A DNA stretch of 36,140 nucleotides, from assembly GCA_023263015.1 (NCBI GenBank), contig JALQXV010000087.1, positions 1 to 36,140 on the forward strand. The letters are read 5' to 3'. The DNA comes from Candidatus Saccharimonadia bacterium. Its GTDB lineage: Bacteria > Patescibacteriota > Saccharimonadia > Saccharimonadales > 2-12-FULL-41-12. The notes below the pieces were generated by a model, which ran no database searches, was not told where the DNA came from, and worked only from the letters and a program-made list of their open reading frames with translations. Below are positions 32,935-36,140 of this stretch, in pieces. Positions within the stretch are counted from its first letter, which is position 1. Each line of letters starts with the position of its first letter. The position numbers and the translations under genes were made by a program.

Positions 32935-34236
32935 ATGCCAATTACAGTGATCGAAGGTGAGCAGCGCGGAGACGAAGGCAAAGGCCGATTCGTTGATATG
33001 CTAATGCCCGAATATGAAATCGGGGTTCGATTTAATGGCGGCGACAACGCCGGTCACACTGTGGTTGCTCCTGACGGCGAAGTCTACAAATTGCACGGAC
33101 TACCTACGTCAGTTGTTCATGAAGATAAAACGAGTGTCATCGGTAATGGCGTTGTCGTAAACCCTATTAGACTTGTAAAAGAAATTGAAACCTTGCAGGA
33201 CCAAGGAATCGAAGTTGACCCTGCTAGACTACTCATTAGCTCCGCGGCACATCTTACCCTGCCTTGCCACATATCAAGAGACGAGGTTATCGAATCCGGT
33301 TCTGCCCGCCAAGGCAGCACCAAGTCTGGAATTGGTCCAGTATACAGCGATAAAGCTGGACGTTTGGGATTGCAGATGCACATCATTAAGAACAATCCTC
33401 AAAAGCTATTTGAGATTGTTGAACGAGGCTTACTTGACCAACGTCACGTTCGAGTTGAAGAATGGTTACCAAATATTGATGAAGAAGCTGTAGCATTTGA
33501 ATACGTCGAAGCCGCCCAAAAGCTTGGCGCATTTATAACAGACACAACTCGCTACCTCAATGGTGAACTGGCAAAAGGTAGCAATATTTTAGCTGAAGGC
33601 GCACAAGCCTTCTTGCTAGACGTAGACCATGGCATGTATCCATTCACTACATCTTCCTCAACAACCGCAGGAGGTGTAGCCAATGGCCTAGGAGTTCCAC
33701 CTAATGCTGTTACGCAAGTTATCGGTGTTTCAAAGGCCGTACAATCTCATGTTGGTGGCGGACCGTTTGTAACTGAAATTCATGACGAAGACCTACTAAA
33801 ACGACTACACGGCGACATGACTACAGTTGATGCCGAACGAGGCACTACTACGGGCCGAACTCGTAGGCTTGGCTACTTAGACCTAGCGCAGATTAAGCGA
33901 TCACAGATGGTCAACGGAGTTCATGAAATGGCCATTACTAAATTAGACTGGGTTCCACGCTTTGGAGATAACTTACGAGTTTGTGTTGCCTATCAGCGCA
34001 AAGGAAAGATTCTTTCCGATTCTGTAGATAATGCCGACAAACTCAACCAATCTTCACCGTTGTATCGAGATCTCCCAAACTGGACTGGCGACATTCAAGA
34101 TGTTAGGAAATTCAAAGATCTGCCCGATGAAGCTCAGAACTTTATTGGCGTTATTGAAGAAACAACCGGTCGTCCAGTAACCCGAATTGGCGTTGGCCCT
34201 GGGCGCGATCAAGTGATTGATCGAACTAAAGACTAA
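32935..34236 (+). CDS. purA: Adenylosuccinate synthetase
   Basis: GEQRGDEGKGRFVD P-loop, GGDNAGHTV, GTTTGRTRR. The 433-aa length is typical. Confidence 0.95.
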   Translation: MPITVIEGEQRGDEGKGRFVDMLMPEYEIGVRFNGGDNAGHTVVAPDGEVYKLHGLPTSVVHEDKTSVIGNGVVVNPIRLVKEIETLQDQGIEVDPARLLISSAAHLTLPCHISRDEVIESGSARQGSTKSGIGPVYSDKAGRLGLQMHIIKNNPQKLFEIVERGLLDQRHVRVEEWLPNIDEEAVAFEYVEAAQKLGAFITDTTRYLNGELAKGSNILAEGAQAFLLDVDHGMYPFTTSSSTTAGGVANGLGVPPNAVTQVIGVSKAVQSHVGGGPFVTEIHDEDLLKRLHGDMTTVDAERGTTTGRTRRLGYLDLAQIKRSQMVNGVHEMAITKLDWVPRFGDNLRVCVAYQRKGKILSDSVDNADKLNQSSPLYRDLPNWTGDIQDVRKFKDLPDEAQNFIGVIEETTGRPVTRIGVGPGRDQVIDRTKD

Positions 34237-34238
34237 CT

Positions 34239-35705
34239 TTATTTTTTAGTATTAGCGCCGCGCATAAAGCGAGCATTTTCGAATAGATCTGCAGCATTAT
34301 GAGCTCCTTGAGCTGCCATTGAAATCTTCATGCCCATAACATGCTCTTCAATCACGTCGGCAACTGGTCCCTTTAGTGGCACCTGCTTTTCAAAACCTTC
34401 AACAAAAATGATCTTCTTTGGAGCTCCAAAGTTACCGTAACGTGCACGGGCTGCTGCAAAGTTTCGCTGTGCGCGCTCTGATCCCATGCCCCAATATTCT
34501 TTATACTTCACGCCACTCTTATCCGTTAAAATTGGCACCGGCGTTTCGTCAGTACCAGCAAATAGACCACCAGCTTTGATAACCGTAGCTCCTAAGGCGA
34601 GTGCCTTAACACTGTCTGCCGACTGCGAAATACCACCATCAGCAATAATGGCAATATCCGGATTAACGGAGCGTGCACCCTTGGCGACCTCGTAAACTGC
34701 ACTTGCTTGAGGAGTTCCAAAACCTAGTCGATCCGATGAAACACAAATCTGACCCGGACCCTGCCCAACTGATATGCCATCTGGCTCAAGCCGAGCAATC
34801 TGTATAGCAGCCTGTTCGGTTGAAATATTGCCGGCGATAACGTCAATATCAGTATTTTCTTTAATAGCTTTAAGAGTCTCAAGTGCATACTTATGTTCAC
34901 CATGAGATGTATCGATAAAGACTACATCAAGGTACTTACGCATAATTCTAATTCGCTCAAGAGCTTCATCTGGAATGGTTGGGACACTTGCAAACGTAAT
35001 AAGACGCCCGTTTTGATCAACACTGTATTCGTCTGGGTTACTATTAACTTCGCGGAGTATACCCCCCTTAAGGCAGAGCCCGCCAACCCGTCGATCAGTA
35101 TCTAGCAACACAACGCTCGGTGCTCTTTTTTCGCGCATTAACTTATAGACATCTTCGGGCGTCGTACCGTTGTCCGCTGTTACAAACTCACCTAATGGAT
35201 GCATGGCTTCACCGATCTTCACTGTCTCTGCGTCAGGCCCAAATATACTAAACGTAGTGTCATCCATAAGCCCAGTGCAACGGCCATTCTCATCGATAAC
35301 AGGGATAGTTCGAAAATCGTTATCTGCTTTATCGAGCACTTGTAGAACCTCGGCCAACGTCTGATCTTCACGTGCAACAACAGGTTCAGTAATGACACCG
35401 TTTAGATACGTTTTAACTGTCCTAACCATCTTTTTCTGCTCTTCTGGGGTGTTGCAGTGATGAAGAATAGCCCCAGCTCCATTTAAACCAGTGGCAATAC
35501 CCATCTTATCTTCACTGACAGAATTCATGGCAGCAGCAATGAGTGGGTTTTTTAGTATTACATTAGCCGAGACTCGACCAGATATATCAACCTGAGCAGC
35601 GTCGACTTCACTGATACGTTCGGTGCGCAACTGCAGGTCGGAGTAGCCCAAGTAAACATGCTCAACCTCGTGAGCTCTTTCAAAAAATGCTTCTCTCGTG
35701 GCCAT
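34239..35705 (-). CDS. guaB: IMP dehydrogenase (with CBS pair insert)
   Basis: Catalytic-loop region GQGPGQICVSS, IIADGGI and the CBS-like insert. I prefer the ATG at 35705 (MATREAFF), with GGAGGG 4-5 nt upstream, over the TTG at 35717. Confidence 0.9.
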   Translation of the reverse strand: MATREAFFERAHEVEHVYLGYSDLQLRTERISEVDAAQVDISGRVSANVILKNPLIAAAMNSVSEDKMGIATGLNGAGAILHHCNTPEEQKKMVRTVKTYLNGVITEPVVAREDQTLAEVLQVLDKADNDFRTIPVIDENGRCTGLMDDTTFSIFGPDAETVKIGEAMHPLGEFVTADNGTTPEDVYKLMREKRAPSVVLLDTDRRVGGLCLKGGILREVNSNPDEYSVDQNGRLITFASVPTIPDEALERIRIMRKYLDVVFIDTSHGEHKYALETLKAIKENTDIDVIAGNISTEQAAIQIARLEPDGISVGQGPGQICVSSDRLGFGTPQASAVYEVAKGARSVNPDIAIIADGGISQSADSVKALALGATVIKAGGLFAGTDETPVPILTDKSGVKYKEYWGMGSERAQRNFAAARARYGNFGAPKKIIFVEGFEKQVPLKGPVADVIEEHVMGMKISMAAQGAHNAADLFENARFMRGANTKK

Positions 35706-35743
35706 TCTTCCCTCCAATGTCTGCAGTTAGCGAATTGTATATC

Positions 35744-35772
35744 ACCATAGCACGCTCATTTACCAGTATCAA
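35744..35772 (-). promoter_or_regulatory. Candidate guaB promoter TTGATA-17-TATGGT
   Basis: The minus strand reads TTGATA (35767-35772), a 17-nt spacer, then TATGGT (35744-35749). This gives a leader of about 35 nt carrying the GGAGGG SD. Confidence 0.4.
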
Positions 35773-36090
35773 TTAAATCTGACGTAAATTGGTTGTGATT
35801 TTTGCAAAGTCGATTTCGCTCAGATCAATTGCATCTTCAACCACAAAATCTGCCACACGATTACGACGCAAGTTTGCCATGTATGCACCAGTTTGCAGTT
35901 TTTCCCCGATGTCTTGTACGAGGCTGCGTATATAGGTCCCGCTACTCACATCAGCTGAAAATTGCACTAGTGGGTACGAATAATCATCTTGGTGGATATT
36001 ATTTGAATGTAGAGAAGGGTAAGTGGAACCAACGGCAGCCTTACCTTGTTTAACAGGCCACTCACCAAGAGCTGCTGGATCCGGATCTCT
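35773..36090 (-). CDS. truB: tRNA pseudouridine(55) synthase TruB, C-terminal portion (frame closed by an in-frame TGA at 36091-36093)
   Basis: SSGTYIRSLVQDIGEKLQTGAYMANLRRNRV is the TruB motif region. The frame is open upstream of the track Met as far as 36090 (..AALGEWPVKQGKAAV..). Upstream of that the likely continuation (..RAMKRSG) is in a different frame. Confidence 0.65.
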   Translation of the reverse strand, partial: RDPDPAALGEWPVKQGKAAVGSTYPSLHSNNIHQDDYSYPLVQFSADVSSGTYIRSLVQDIGEKLQTGAYMANLRRNRVADFVVEDAIDLSEIDFAKITTNLRQI

Positions 36091-36140
36091 TCATGGCGCG
36101 TACCTTCTTGACTTGGGTTGTAATGGTGACCAATAATTGT

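Noticed and set aside
36091-36093. In-frame TGA in truB as evidence for an alternative genetic code (TGA read as an amino acid, as in some candidate phyla).
   Set aside because: TGA clearly terminates several well-defined genes here: the TyrA-PheA fusion at 23944-23946, chorismate mutase at 23672-23674, the pilO-like gene at 1631-1633, and the 65-aa gene at 28322-28324. All large genes are intact under the standard code.
1-36140. Search for CRISPR arrays, tRNA/rRNA genes, transposases, integrases or prophage genes.
   Set aside because: I saw no regularly spaced repeats, no tRNA-like T-arm/acceptor patterns in the few intergenic gaps, and no recombinase-like ORFs. The window looks like core chromosome plus one pilus-linked accessory block.

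Overview
This is a gene-dense bacterial window, almost all coding, with many 1-4 nt start/stop overlaps and convergent genes that abut or overlap. All calls rest on motif reading of the supplied translations; no homology search was possible.

Most of the window is housekeeping:
- ychF, efp, the rpsF-ssb-rpsR cluster, ftsK, rnj, and rpsO-pnp with a structured leader
- udg, an ABC-F ATPase, purA, guaB, tlyA, a short 6-phosphogluconate dehydrogenase, and an ABC-2 exporter pair
- a compact terminal aromatic amino-acid operon: a fused prephenate dehydrogenase/dehydratase, then chorismate mutase, then a class IV aminotransferase

The accessory part is the minus-strand block 1-9400. It holds a type IV pilus assembly operon (pilM, pilN, a pilO-like gene, a 78-aa membrane protein, pilB) with no pilP or pilQ secretin. 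This suggests a monoderm envelope; together with RNase J and the compact layout it may fit a Patescibacteria/Saccharibacteria-like genome, but that is only inference.

Three co-oriented genes of no recognisable family sit directly upstream of that operon. They encode a 370-aa secreted Cys-containing protein, a 206-aa membrane-anchored TPR-like protein, and a 1148-aa Cys-rich secreted giant coupled to it by a TAATG overlap. This cassette is my best candidate for an undescribed pilus-linked surface or adhesion module.

Other points of interest:
- a 250-aa protein with a Cys-less HNH-like motif, paired with a small acidic ORF
- a 425-bp ORF-free region
- a recurrent leaderless-type promoter geometry
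- pseudo-enzyme-like proteins
- an apparent frame break in truB at the window edge

I found no rRNA, tRNA, CRISPR array, transposase or integrase.
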